64,000 bases of DNA from Octopus sinensis (lineage: Eukaryota). The notes beneath the pieces were generated by a model. That model was not told the origin of the DNA, searched no databases, and saw only the letters and a program-made list of their open reading frames with translations. A program made the translations under genes and the position numbers. Location of the stretch: contig NC_043017.1 in assembly GCF_006345805.1 (NCBI RefSeq), positions 31,124,001 through 31,188,000 on the forward strand, written 5' to 3'. Position 1 is the first letter of the stretch. Each line of letters begins with the position of its first letter. Of the stretch, positions 50,896-63,651 are shown piece after piece.

Positions 50896-53800
50896 TAGAG
50901 CCCATGCCTTCCACACCCTCAGGGTTGGCACCCTCAACGTTGGCACTCTGAAAGGTAGGTCTGGTGAGATAGTCGAGATGCTTGAACGGAGATGTGTGGA
51001 TATATGTTGCATGCAAGAAATAAGGTGGAGAGGAGGATCAGCTAGGTTCCTCACAGGCAAGGAACGCAGGTACAAGATTTTCTGGGCAGGGAACACTGAC
51101 GGGGTTGGTGGCGTGGGTATACTTATCGCTGAGAAATGGGTAGATAAAGTAACTGAGGTAATCAGAGTAAGTGACAGAATACTTAAGATTAGATTAGTGC
51201 TTCATCATAGTTTAGCAACCATTATATCAGCCTATGCTCCTCAGTCGGGGCTACCCGATGGACAGAAAGACCGATTCTATGACACTCTACTGCAGACTAC
51301 CTCATTGACGAACGACAGAGACCTTATCTTTGTGGCTGGTGACTTCAATGGTCACGTTGGACGACATGCTGGGGGCTTCCATGGCGTACATGGAGGCTAT
51401 GGCTATGGCTCCCGCAACGAGGAGGGAAACAGGCTGCTGGAGTTCTGCGATGCAAATAATCTTATGATTTGCAACACTAACTTCAGGAAACCTACCAGCC
51501 ACCTAGTCACTTACCAATCGGGCCAACATACCAGCAAATTGACTACATCCTTACAAGGCAAAGGGAGAGATGGCTGCTTATAAATGCCAAAACCTTCCCA
51601 GGTGAAGAATGTACCCCACAACATAGACTGGTAGTTAGTGACTTTAGGATCAGGACTAGGAGGACAACCAGAAGACGACAAATATGGAGAAGAAGGATCT
51701 GGAAGCTTAAAGATCCTGCAAATGGACAGAGATTTAGGGACATATTACTTGAAGCCTCTGACGAAGTAGAAGGGGATAGAGCATCACAGGGGGTAGAAGA
51801 CAGCTGGACGTTTCTAAGGGACAACCTGCTGAGAGCCACTGACCAGATCTGTGGCTGGTGCAAAGTCCCCTCTCGACCTAGAATAACGTGGTGGTGGAAC
51901 AATATTGTAGACAGGGCTATTAGAGAAAAGAGACAGGCTTGGAAGGTCTGGAAAAATGGGGGTAGCAGGGAATTGTATCAGACTGCCAAAAGAGAAGCTA
52001 GGAGACAGGTTTATTTAGCAGAGGGGAAGCAGATAAGAAAAAATTTGCCAATGTTCTGCGCCGTGAGACCAAAGACTGGAGGTGTTTCGTGTTGCAAGAC
52101 AGTGTGTGAGAGAGAATCGTGATGTGGTAGGAGAGAAGTGTGTTCGCATGGATGATGGTTCACTTGCGCTAAATGAGGATGCAAAGAGAGAGGTTGGAGA
52201 TGCCACTATGAAAGGTTGCTGAATGAAGAAAATGAATGGGATAAAGAGAGTCTGCCGAATGTTGACCCAACAGAGGGACCAGCTATCCGAGTTGATAGTT
52301 CTGTGGTAGCTAAGGCAATTAGAAGCATGAAGACAGGGAAAGCCCCAGGCCCATCAGGAATCACTGCAGAGATGCTCAAAATGTCTGGTAGTGTCGGCTA
52401 TAGCCTAGTCACCCATATAGTTAATCAGGTGATACACAAAGGGGTCATACCCAATGACTGGTGTAGCAGTATAATAGTCAACTGCTACAAAGGTAAAGGT
52501 GATGCCCTAGATACAAATAACTACAGAGGTATCAAGCTGTTGGACCAGGTGATGAAGGTTACGGAGAGGGTCATAGCCGAACTAATTAGAGAGAGAGTTA
52601 GTTTAGATGAGATGCAGTTTGGGTTTGTGCCAGGGAAAAGTACTACTGATGCTATATTCCTGGTAAGGCAGCTGCAGGAGAAATAACTAGCCAAAGATAA
52701 GCCCCTGTACCTGGCTTTTGTTGACATGGAGAAAGCCTTCGACAGGGTCCCCCGATCCCTTATCTGGTGGGCAATGAGAAAACTAGGGATAGATGAATGG
52801 TTAGTGAGAGCTGTGCGGGCCATGTATAGGGACGCCGCTAGTAAGGTGAGGGTTGGAAATGAGTACAGTGAAGAATTCCGGGTAGAGGTAGGGGTCCACC
52901 AAGGCTTACTCAGCCCCCTCCTATTTATCTTAGTCCTCCAGGCAATAACGGAGGAATTCAAGACAGGATGCCCTTGGGAGCTCCTCTATGCTGATGACCT
53001 TGCTCTAATTGCTGAGTCGCTATCAGAACTGGAGGAGAAGTTTCAGGTGTGGAAACAAGGATTAGAATCGAAGGGCCTCAGAGTCAATCTAGCTAAAACC
53101 AAAGTCGTAATCAGTAGGAAGGTAGACAAATCACAAACACCTTCAGGTAGATGGCCCTGCTCGATCTGTAGAAAAGGTGTAGGTAGAAACTCTATAAGAT
53201 GCACCAAGTGTAAGCTATGGACACATAGAGATGCAGCAATGTCAAAGGAAGGCTAACTAGGAAGATGGTTTTTGTATGTGGCAGATGCTCAGGAACAATA
53301 AACACTGAAAATGCTCTGAGACCAACTTCCGTCACTTTCCAGGGAGAAAAACTAGAAATAGTTGATAGTTTCCGTTACCTAGGTGACCAAGTCAGCAGCG
53401 GGGGCGGGTGTGCTGAAAGTGTAACTGCTAGAGTAAGAATAGCTTGGGCAAAGTTCAGAGAGCTCTTACCTCTGCTGGTGACAAAAGGCCTCTCGCACAG
53501 AGTGAAAGGCAGACTGTATGATGCGTGTGTACGAACAGCCATGCTACATGGCAGTGAAACATGGGCCGTGACTGCTGAGGATATGCGTAAGCTCGCTAGA
53601 AAAATGAAGCCAGTATGCTCCGATGGATGTGTAATGCCGGTACTCACACTCGGCAGAGTGTAAGTACCTTGAGAGAAAAGCTGGACCTAAGAAGCATCAG
53701 TTGTGGTGTGCAAGAGAGACGTTTGCGCTGGTATGGTCATGTGGCGAGAATGGATGAAGATAGTTGTGTGAAAAACTGCCACACCCTAGCGGTTGAGGGA

Positions 53801-54555
53801 ACCTGTGGAAGAGGCAGACCCAGGAAAACCTGGGACGAGGTGTGAAGCACGACCTTCGAACTTTAGGTCTCACTGAGGAAATGACTAGAGACCGAGACCT
53901 CTGGAAGTGTGCTCTGCGCGAGAAGACCCGGCAGGACAAGTGAGTCCACAACCCGTGGCCTTCTACATGGGATGGAGCCAGCCTACGTATGCATACCTTC
54001 CCTTCTTGGGACACAAAACTCTACTTGTGAAGACGTGTTGAGGCAAGTGAGGATCAGAATCGAAATCGATCAATGGAAATTGCGGATGTGCTACCAGTGC
54101 CGGTGGCATGTCGAAACTCTGCTTGTGAAGACCCATTGAGGCAAGTGAGGATCAGAATCGAAATCGATCAATGGAAATCGATCAATGGAAATTGCAGATG
54201 TGTTACCAGTGCCGGTGGCATGTAAGAGAACTTTCCGTTTCGCGACCGTTGCCAGCACCGCCCCGTTTCGTGTCCGTTGCCAGCCTCGCCTGGCCCTCGT
54301 GCCGGTGGCACATAAAAAGCACCATCCGTTCGTGGCCGTTTGCCAGCTCTGTCTGGCACCAGTGCGGGTGGCACGTAAAAAGCACCCACTACACTCACGG
54401 AGTGGTTGGCGTTTGGAAGGGCATCCAGCCGTAGAAACACTGCCAGATTTGACTGGGCCTGATGAAGCCTTCTGGCTTCACAGACCCCAGTAGAACCGTC
54501 CAACCCATGCTAGCATGGAAAACGGACGCTAAATGATGATGATGATGATGATGAT
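50896..54555 (+). mobile_element. Near-full-length RTE-clade LINE (APE endonuclease + RT + PHD-type finger), frameshifted, with a (GAT)n tail
   Basis: APE: TLRVGTLNVGTL...DICCMQEIRW...AYAPQ...AGDFNGH...TNF. RT: QFGFVPGKSTTDAIF, AFVDMEKAFDRV, GVHQG.LSPLLF, LLYADDL, FRYLGD, AMLHGSETW, RLRWYGHV, GRPRKTW. It has several single-base frameshifts and a stop at 52684, ends in AAATGATGATGAT and sits in (TA)n. Confidence 0.95.
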
Positions 54556-54679
54556 ATATATATATATATAAATTTAAAATGAGGGTGAAAAATTGGATAT
54601 TAATTTGATTAACATCAATTTAAAACAAGTGGTCTAGCATATCGAAATCTGTAGGTCCAGAAAATTTTATTTCATACTT

Positions 54680-54784
54680 ATGAGAGGGATGACCACTACG
54701 TGGACAACCATTATGCTAGAAGTAAATCTGCTATGGATCTACTTCTAGCATAAGGGTTGTCCACATACTGGTCATCCCTCTCAT
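54680..54784. repeat. ~105-bp near-perfect hairpin (mini-MITE-like)
   Basis: ATGAGAGGGATGACCA..GTGGACAACC..TATGCTAGAAGTA pairs with TACTTCTAGCATA..GGTTGTCCAC..TGGTCATCCCTCTCAT. A one-armed relative lies at 43951-44010. Confidence 0.8.
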
Positions 54785-55634
54785 ATGTATATATATATAC
54801 ACATATATATACATACATATATACACACATATATATATGTATATATATATGTACATATATATATATATATACATATATATATGTATATACTTATATTGAT
54901 ACACATATATACAAACACACACACACACACATATATATATATACATATATGGCCAACGTTATGTGAGATGGTCAAGAATCCTAACAATCTGTATATTTAT
55001 GCCCCACAAGGAAAGACCAAAATATTTATTATTTTACTGTAATATTTGTAAATGTTGTAATTGTATTGATAATCTACATGTTATTTTATTTTAAAATCTA
55101 TATGTAAATACATTTGTATGCCTACTGTACAACTAAATATCAGCCTGTTTTAACATTCAGTGTAAATGTGTTTCAACACTAGCGCCCCTGAGGGTAATAT
55201 TCTCTGGGAACGTACAAAAGCCATTTCCAGAGTTATTTATTTTAAATTGTTATTATCTCGTATCTGATTTGTCTGTTATTACGTAACATGCATCACGATT
55301 TTGGTATACATACCTTATTGGTATTTCCTCCTAATTTCTATATACTCTGGGACCGCATTAAAACCCTTTTCGGCACTACTTTGAAGTCTTACGATCGGGT
55401 AACTAAATTCATGTTATTACGTAACTGACTTCACGATTTGGGTATTCATAACTTATTGGGATTTCCTAAAAACAAGATCCTGTGTAAGACAGTTTGATAT
55501 TCTCTGTAAATGCACAAAAACCGTTTTAAGGGTTACGCACTGTACATTGTTGTTATTGGATCAGCGAAGCAATTATGTGAACGGAACCAAGGGATAAGCT
55601 CCGCTTTTCCAGGAATTGTCGGCTACAGCAGCTA

Positions 55635-55675
<41 letters not shown>

Positions 55676-56525
55676 TATATATATATATATATATAGGGAG
55701 AGTTTACGAAAAGGACTAAATACGTAGACAGGTGGTGTACAAAACAAACAGATATATTAATATAACGCTCAGGAATAGAAAAAGTATATAACGTTTCGAG
55801 CCTACGCTCTTCTACAGAAACGGACACAGTAAAAAACAAGGAGAGAAAAAAGGAGAAAAATTGTGTAGTGGCTAACGATCTTTATATGCATATAAGTTTA
55901 AATGGATATATAATCCTGCGGATTACCGTGTCTCCTCGCAAATCGGTTTCATATGCTGGCTAACCACAACGAACCTTTAATGATACTCGAGTTTACAATA
56001 AGTTGCTAGATTCTGGTAATTATTCTCGATTGATAAATCTGAGTGTCCTATTCCGGACTGCGTAGTTTCTGTAGAATAATAGCATAAATAGTGATGAAAC
56101 TGTACCCACAAGGATGCATATTTAACAGTCTGCATTCAAAGCAATTGAAAAGAGCGTTGGTCCAGGAAAGCATACTGCAAATAAGTGTTTAATAAAATTA
56201 TTGATGTGGAAAATTTCCGTTTTCCTTATAATTACTAATACTCAGTGTGTGTGTTTGTGCGCGCGCGCATGTAAGTGTGGGTGTTTTATATATATATACA
56301 CACGCACACATATATACATATACACACACATATGCAAATATAAAAATTGTAATTACTTATGGTTTGTTTACAATCAATATAATCAATCAATCATATATTT
56401 AGTATAAACACGCAACAAATTTTCATTTAGACGCCAACTTAGCCTGTGTTACTAAGAAATGGTACCAGTTATTCAAACAACATTTTAAACTATTATAATT
56501 TAATCCAATTAACGTTACCCCATAT

Positions 56526-56579
<54 letters not shown>

Positions 56580-56932
56580 TCCAGGTAGGACAATATACTG
56601 GGAAGTCATTCGTAACATGTGGAGAAAATTTACTCGGTATCTATCGAAAGTTTTTATAAGGATTTTATAAGGTTTATCACGTCAAGAGAATCGCCATTCA
56701 ACGTAGCGATCAACAAGTACGACAAGTTTCATATGGCTTGGCTTATCTAATAATGCTCCAAGAAATTTAGTAATCAGCGTGAAGATTGTTCAGTTACCAG
56801 ATTTTTACTGCCAGCGAAGTTGATTTAGTCTTCTCTACCATCTTGGAAATGCGTAACTGTTTAAATGTATGTATGTATGTATGTATGTATGTATGTATGT
56901 ATGTATGTATGTATGTATGTATGTATGTGTGT

Positions 56933-56969
<37 letters not shown>

Positions 56970-57245
56970 GAGATACATATATATGAATATGTATATGTAT
57001 ATACACAGGCACACGCCACACACACATATTTGCATATGTTTAGTGAGAGATGGAAGGTAGAAAATACGAGAGTTTTTATTGATAACTACAATTGTTCTGA
57101 GTCATCTAGTACACTCATAGACATATACAATAGTATACAGATGGATGGATGGATGGATGGATGGGTGGGTTGGTGGATGGGTGGGCGGGTGGATCGATGG
57201 ATGGATGGATGATGGATGGATGGATGGATAGATGGATGGATAGAC

Positions 57246-57276
<31 letters not shown>

Positions 57277-57873
57277 AAAACAGATATGCAAGAATATGCA
57301 TGTATGTGCACAAGCGCGTCTGTATACTTGTGTAATCCAGACAAATATTTATGCATATAAATACATATATATATATATATGAATGTGCATATATGTGTAT
57401 ATATATATGTATGTAAGGCCTTTGTGAATTCCTACAGCTGGTTTGCAATTTAAATTTAGCGTTAATGTTGTAACTGAATCTATGTTATGAAACAGCTGGA
57501 AACATACGGAATAATTGTTTATTACAGCACACTTCTATTGGACTACAATTACTTAACATAGACATCACAAAAAGGACTTCTGGGTTTTCACTCGCATAGT
57601 AGTGATAAGTATGTATCGTAAAAGTTACTGCGTTACTTGTTAACCAAAATCCCTGCTGAATGCTTATTGGGAATTCGATGTGTTTCGTTCACTGGATTCT
57701 GATTTTTATATATTATTGTTGAAAGTGTTTGATTTAAGAAGTTTTAAAGACTTGACCGATTTCACAGATTTCTTTGATTTCCAAAGTTGCGATAGGAAAA
57801 CATGGATCTCTGCTGTAACTCTCTCTCTCTCTTTCCCTTTCTCTCTATCTCTCTCTATATATATATATATATT

Positions 57874-58262
57874 ACTCATGTACTCTTGTACTTGTTTCAG
57901 TCATGTGACTGCGGCCATGCTGGAGCACCGCCTTTAGTCGAGCAAAACGGCCCCAGGACTTATTCTTTGTAAACCTAGTACTTATTCTATAGGTCTCTTT
58001 TGCTGAACCACTAAGTTACGGGGACGTAAACGCAGCAGCATCGGTTGTCAAGCGATGTTGGGGGGACAAACACACACACATATATATATATACATATATA
58101 CGACGGGCTTCTTTCAGTTTCCGTCTACCAAATCCCCTCACAAGTCTTTGGTCGGCCCGAGGTTATAGCAGAAGACACTTGCCCAAGTTGCCACGCAGTG
58201 GGACTGAACCCGGAACCATGTGGCTGGTACGCAACCTACTTACAACACAGCCACTGCTGCGC
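57874..58262 (-). mobile_element. CORE-type SINE, family B
   Basis: Full-length family B copy. Confidence 0.85.
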
Positions 58263-58375
58263 CTATATATATATATACACACATATATATATATATTATA
58301 TATATATATTATATATATATATATATATATGCATATGTGTGTTGTGGACGTATGTATATATATAAATATATATAT

Positions 58376-58493
58376 CACCATGATCACCATGACCAACCAG
58401 GCTATCAGATGTTGCTACACGTCGCTGGTCACAATGCGCTTCGCATTGTTTTAGCCTTCAAATGACGCCACCCCGCTGGCCAAGCGAGCAGGC
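58376..58493 (-). mobile_element. 3' fragment of the family C SINE seen at 174-300
   Basis: ACCAGGCTATCAGATGTTGCTACAC...CTTCAAATGACGCCACCCCGCTGGCCAAGCGAGCAGG is shared with 195-291. Confidence 0.8.
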
Positions 58494-58498
58494 CATAA

Positions 58499-58540
<42 letters not shown>

Positions 58541-59021
58541 TGAGAGGGGACTGAGACTTGAAGACATATTTACATACGTACAAAGACTCACACAGGCACA
58601 GTTAAATGCTTAGATTATATACACGCAGACACACGTAGCAATTTCTATATCACTGTATGTTCGATGTAAATGCGTGCATGAATCAGTTTGTGTGTGTGTC
58701 TCTGTGTCTGTGTGTGTGCGCGCGCTCGTTCATATATGCGTGCATGAGTGCGTGCATACGTGCGTGGCTGTATGCACATGATATAACTGTGTTTGCGCGC
58801 GTGTGTTGTCTGCTGGCTGTCGAAAGTATATCAGATGTTTGCGAAAGTGAAATAACAAATGTTCCAACGCACAAAATGGCAAATTAGAATATAGGAAATC
58901 TATCTGATAACGAAAATTAAAGTTTAGACGTCCAGTCAGAATGACGTAAATGCGAGTGGCTTCATGCGTACGTTACACAAGCATACACATACATCAAATA
59001 CATTACACATGTATACACAAG

Positions 59022-59074
<53 letters not shown>

Positions 59075-59258
59075 GCACATACACACACAAACGCATGCGC
59101 ACACACACACATATGTAAACAGAAAACATACAGAGATATACAAATAGCCATATATGTGTGTGGCTTCGTGTGTGTTTGTGTGTGTGCAGGAGTTTTTATA
59201 AGTATGTAGATATGTATACATGCTTTTGCATATATATACGTGTATATATATACATACA

Positions 59259-59340
<82 letters not shown>

Positions 59341-59350
59341 CATACATACA

Positions 59351-59388
<38 letters not shown>

Positions 59389-59450
59389 CAATAAATGGTG
59401 GAGTTGTGTTGACCGTATATATATATATTATATATATATATATTATATAT

Positions 59451-59492
<42 letters not shown>

Positions 59493-60203
59493 TATAAACA
59501 TATACAAATATATAAATATATACATACGTATATATACATGCAGAAATGTATACAAAGATGAGCGCGTGTATGTGTGTGTGTGAGAGAGAGTGACATAGTG
59601 TGTGCGTGTGTGTGTGTGTGTGGTGTGTGTGTGTGTGTGTGTGTGTGCGTGTGTGTGTCTTTGTGTGTGTGAATTTGTATGTATTGTGTTGTATTCTTTT
59701 CAGGTTTATCGAATAGACCAATAGTCTGTCACTAATTAAGAGACAATAATCTATTGTTGTTCTTTAGACACTACTGACATTACTATTAATGACATTGCAT
59801 ATTTTAACGTGCTATTATTAGATTGAAATGATTGATTTCCAACGATCTGATCGTCATTTGTTTTTTTATATATACTCTCTGCTTTTTGTCTTCTCATTTT
59901 TTTCTTGTTTTTTGTTTTTCTAAGTATGTGGCTGGTTTTTGTTGCTAGTTCGAAATCTCCTTTTGAGCGACATTGTTGTTCTTTTTGTTGGTTATCCACT
60001 TGTCAGTCCTGGTTGAATCGATCTGGGACCGAAAGCTTCTTTCAATTACGTGCGTTTCGTCTATTAAAGAAACATTTTATCTCCCTCCACATTATCTTTT
60101 GAACCCTAAATGTATTGTTAGGGTGTAGGTTGCTATTTTGTTTTAGATTTTGTTGCTAATTCTTACGGTTCACCTGAAAGTGTCTCTAACGGTTGTTCAG
60201 TTA

Positions 60204-60606
60204 TCTATATAAATAAAGCTGAAGTTGTCTGTGTGTGTGTGTGTGGCAGGTTTGGTAGCCTTCAACTTACACTATCTCCTGCGAGACCCTGTGGCGCAAG
60301 TTGACCAAAATTGAAAGTATGATAGAAGAAGGAGTGCTCTTCCTTCCATAGAAGAAAAAATTCAAATCAGACCATGTTAACAGCAAAAATTATTTACATC
60401 AAAAAGGTACTATTTTCTATGAAAATCCTTACTTTTTACGATTTTTTTACTGCGCTGTCGCCATTTTTCGGTGTATTTCAACCAGACAAATGTTCGCTTA
60501 AAGAGAATTACAAGCTACATAATGCAAATTTTTTACTTTCCAAAAATTCCAATTCTAAAGGGTCGAAAAGAAAACAAACCCGAGCAACGCCGGGCTATAC
60601 TGCTAG
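60204..60606 (+). mobile_element. Non-autonomous Helitron
   Basis: Starts A|TCTATATAAATAAAG. It has the subterminal hairpin CCCG-AGCAACG-CCGGG and ends CTAG|T, i.e. an A-T target with no TSD. Confidence 0.8.
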
Positions 60607-61390
60607 TGAAGATATATTTCAGTCCTGACTCACGTTTTATTATATAAAATGAACTCACATTTTCTATAATAATTAACTATAATATCCAGTGTGTCCTCTG
60701 CTTCTGTAAAACTGGAATAGCTGACTTGTGGAAGATCTGTTACATATTTTTAGTTGACTGCGTACTTGTAAAGAAGATTTGTCACTGGCTGCTCAAACAG
60801 AAACGTGCAGTACCTCTCTGGAAGACTTATATGATTGCATACTCATTGTGGTAAGTCTACAACATTGGGACGCACAGATTGTCTTCTACGTTAGTACTGA
60901 GACTCTCCGTCTAAAGTTTAGAAATTGGATCATTTGATTGTAATATTGATTTCAAGTTTTGGCACAAGACCAGCGATTTTGGGGGGAGGGGTAAGTCGAT
61001 TACAACGACCCCAGGTTTCAACTGGTACATATTTTATCGACATTTTTTCCGGGTTGCTAACGATTATACCATTCCGCTTATATTACAGGCACGCCAAGTA
61101 AAATGCCTAGTGACATTTCGCCCATCTTAGCGCTCTGGGTCCAAATTCACCGAGATCGACTTTGTCTTTCATCCTTTCGGGGGTCGATGAAGTAATTACC
61201 AGTCGAGCACTGGCATCGATGCTGTCCATTTAGCCCCTTCCCCGAACTTGCTGGGATCAATATTAGAATGTCTACTTCTTACAATCTATGCCTTCTTTAA
61301 AGGCAGAAAATTAAGAGCTCATCATTAATTTCTTCCATTGTATTGCCATTCATATCTAGGATACTTTATATAAAATAAAGTAAATGCGCC

Positions 61391-61620
61391 CTTTTAAAAC
61401 CAAGCCAGGCTCATGGGCCCGGTTTCCCGGTTGGAATGGCGTATGTTTTCCCCAGGCTGGACGAACGCGAGTCCATCGCAGCGTTACTCATTTTTGCCAG
61501 CTGGACTGGAGCAACGTTAAATGTAGTGTTTTGCTCAAGAACACAACGCATCGTCCGGTCCACGAATCGAAACTACAATCTTACGATCATGATGCTGACA
61601 CCCTAACCACTAAGCCACCT
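61391..61620 (-). mobile_element. tRNA-derived SINE, family D
   Basis: Minus-strand head GGTGGCTTAGTGGTTAGGGTGTCAGCATCATGATCGTAAGATTGTAGTTTCGATTC, then a CORE-like TTGTGTTCTTGAGCAAAACAC. The 3' part is shared with 42136-42215. Confidence 0.7.
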
Positions 61621-61902
61621 CTTCCCCCCACAGGATACTTTATAAGAATATTAAATCGAATCTAGGATTTGACAGGAAATATACATTATCAATCCAAGTA
61701 TGATGAACGGTAAATTTAACCTAAGAGAGTCTTGAATTCAGAGCGTAAATGCTTCTGCTTATATAACGCAAATATATTGTACTGTGATGTATCACTGTTG
61801 TAACATGAGTGAATGAGAAAGTAGCAACATGGTCTCTAATGTTGCAAAAGCAACAGCCAAACCTAACTCACGCTTATCACCTGCTATCCCTCTACGGATT
61901 TA

Positions 61903-62268
61903 GGCGCAGGAGTGGCTGTGTGGTAAGTGGCTCGTTTCCGGGTTCAGTCCCACTGCGTGGCACCTTGGGCAAGTGTCTTCTACTAAGGTCTCGGGCCGTC
62001 TAAAGCCTTGTGAGTGGATTTGGTAGAGGAAAACGGAAAGAAGCCCGTCGTATATATGTATATATATATATGTATGTGTGTGTGTTTGTGTGTCTGTGTT
62101 TGTCCCCCATCCTCGCTTGACAACCAATGGTGGTGTGTTTACGTCCCCGTAACTTAGCGGTTCGGCGAAAGACCGATAGAATAAGTACTAGGCTTACAAA
62201 GAATAAGTCCTGGGCTGGATTTGCTCGACTAAAGGCGGTGCTCCAGCAAGGTCACAGTCACATCACTG
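61903..62268 (+). mobile_element. CORE-type SINE, family B
   Basis: GGCGCAGGAGTGGCTGTGTGGTAAG...CCGGGTTCAGTCCCACTGCGTGGCACCTTGGGCAAGTGTC; this is the only clear plus-strand family B copy. Confidence 0.85.
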
Positions 62269-62524
62269 ATACCGAACAATATCAACAACAGATGCATAAT
62301 TAGAGAAGATGAAATGATGACGAAGCCTCTAGGGTTCTAATCATCCTGCTAAAAATAGCAGCCGAATTTCCATCAGATCATATTTACTATCTCACAAATA
62401 ATAAATTGTTTTCTTTATTTCATTCTAGTATAATATCATTTTATTTAGGTATCTTACCATTTAAACATAGGCAGAATGATCAGCACTGCATTACTTTCGT
62501 TTCTATATATATACATACATACAT

Positions 62525-62632
<108 letters not shown>

Positions 62633-62699
62633 CATATATGTATATACATATATATATACATATATATATGTATATACATATATATATATATGTATATAC

Positions 62700-62731
<32 letters not shown>

Positions 62732-63085
62732 GTATATATGTATATATATATATCTATATATGTCCCTGATTGAGGCTGAATGAGAACAATAAAACACAAC
62801 AAATATTCAGAACAAATATTCAGAACGTGATAAACGTATGATTTTAAACAAGTTCTTGGTTATTGTCAAATTGCTGACTCATTGACAGGAGGAGAGAAAT
62901 GACTGTTTCCTTGTCTTTATTGACTTACGTAATTGTATTTTCTCTCGAGAATAATATTGTTTTTGTTGCTAGTATTCCATTTTCAGCCAATATCGAATCA
63001 GATCAAGCAAACTAATAACAAAAGATTCGCAACTCTGATTATTTATATAATGCTTGTGTGCATCTCTATAATACATACTTGCATA

Positions 63086-63525
63086 CATAATAATGGCTGC
63101 TTCCTCGTTATCGAATATGGCCATTGCACGAAGCTTAACTGTTACTGGTGCTGTGTTAGAACGTGACTTTTTAGCCCAGCTAAAGATCTACAATGTCTTG
63201 TACAAAATTAGCAACTAAAACCTTTACTGGTAATAGCCGGCTGTAGTTGTAACTGGGCTTCATGTACCTTTGCATGTCGTTTAAGTCCTCCTGCCGAATT
63301 ACACTCTCTTCTACATGCCCGACAGATATGATTAGTATGTTATGTTACACCACCACCAGTGGCCAGGTTGTCACTCATCTGTCTCGTTTTATGACTACGA
63401 AGATGACTCTTGAGTCCAGCTTTACTGAGGCAGGGTCTTGCACAGACATTGCATGTCAGCTTCAAAGGAAGACCCTTCTGGAAATTGAGAAAGTAAGGAG
63501 GGATGTCAGGAAGGGCATCGCTGTT
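63086..63525 (-). mobile_element. RTE-like LINE 3' end with three C2H2 zinc fingers
   Basis: Minus translation gives CNVCARPCLSKAGLKSHLRSH, CRACRRECNSAGGLKRHAKVH and C*FCTRHCRSLAGLKSHVLTQH. It ends GAGGAAGCAGCCATTATTATG, like an RTE tail. Confidence 0.65.
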
Positions 63526-63651
63526 ACATGCATACATACATACATGAATACATACATACATACATACATGCACTCGCGCACGCACGCACACACGCACGCA
63601 CGCATACATTCATGCATACATACATACGCATATGTATGCATACATACATAC

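Noticed and set aside
54456-54490. CTGATGA followed by a hairpin in the RTE 3' UTR
   Set aside because: There is no GAAA after the stem. It is simply the TGAAGCC/GGCTTCA hairpin of the LINE tail.
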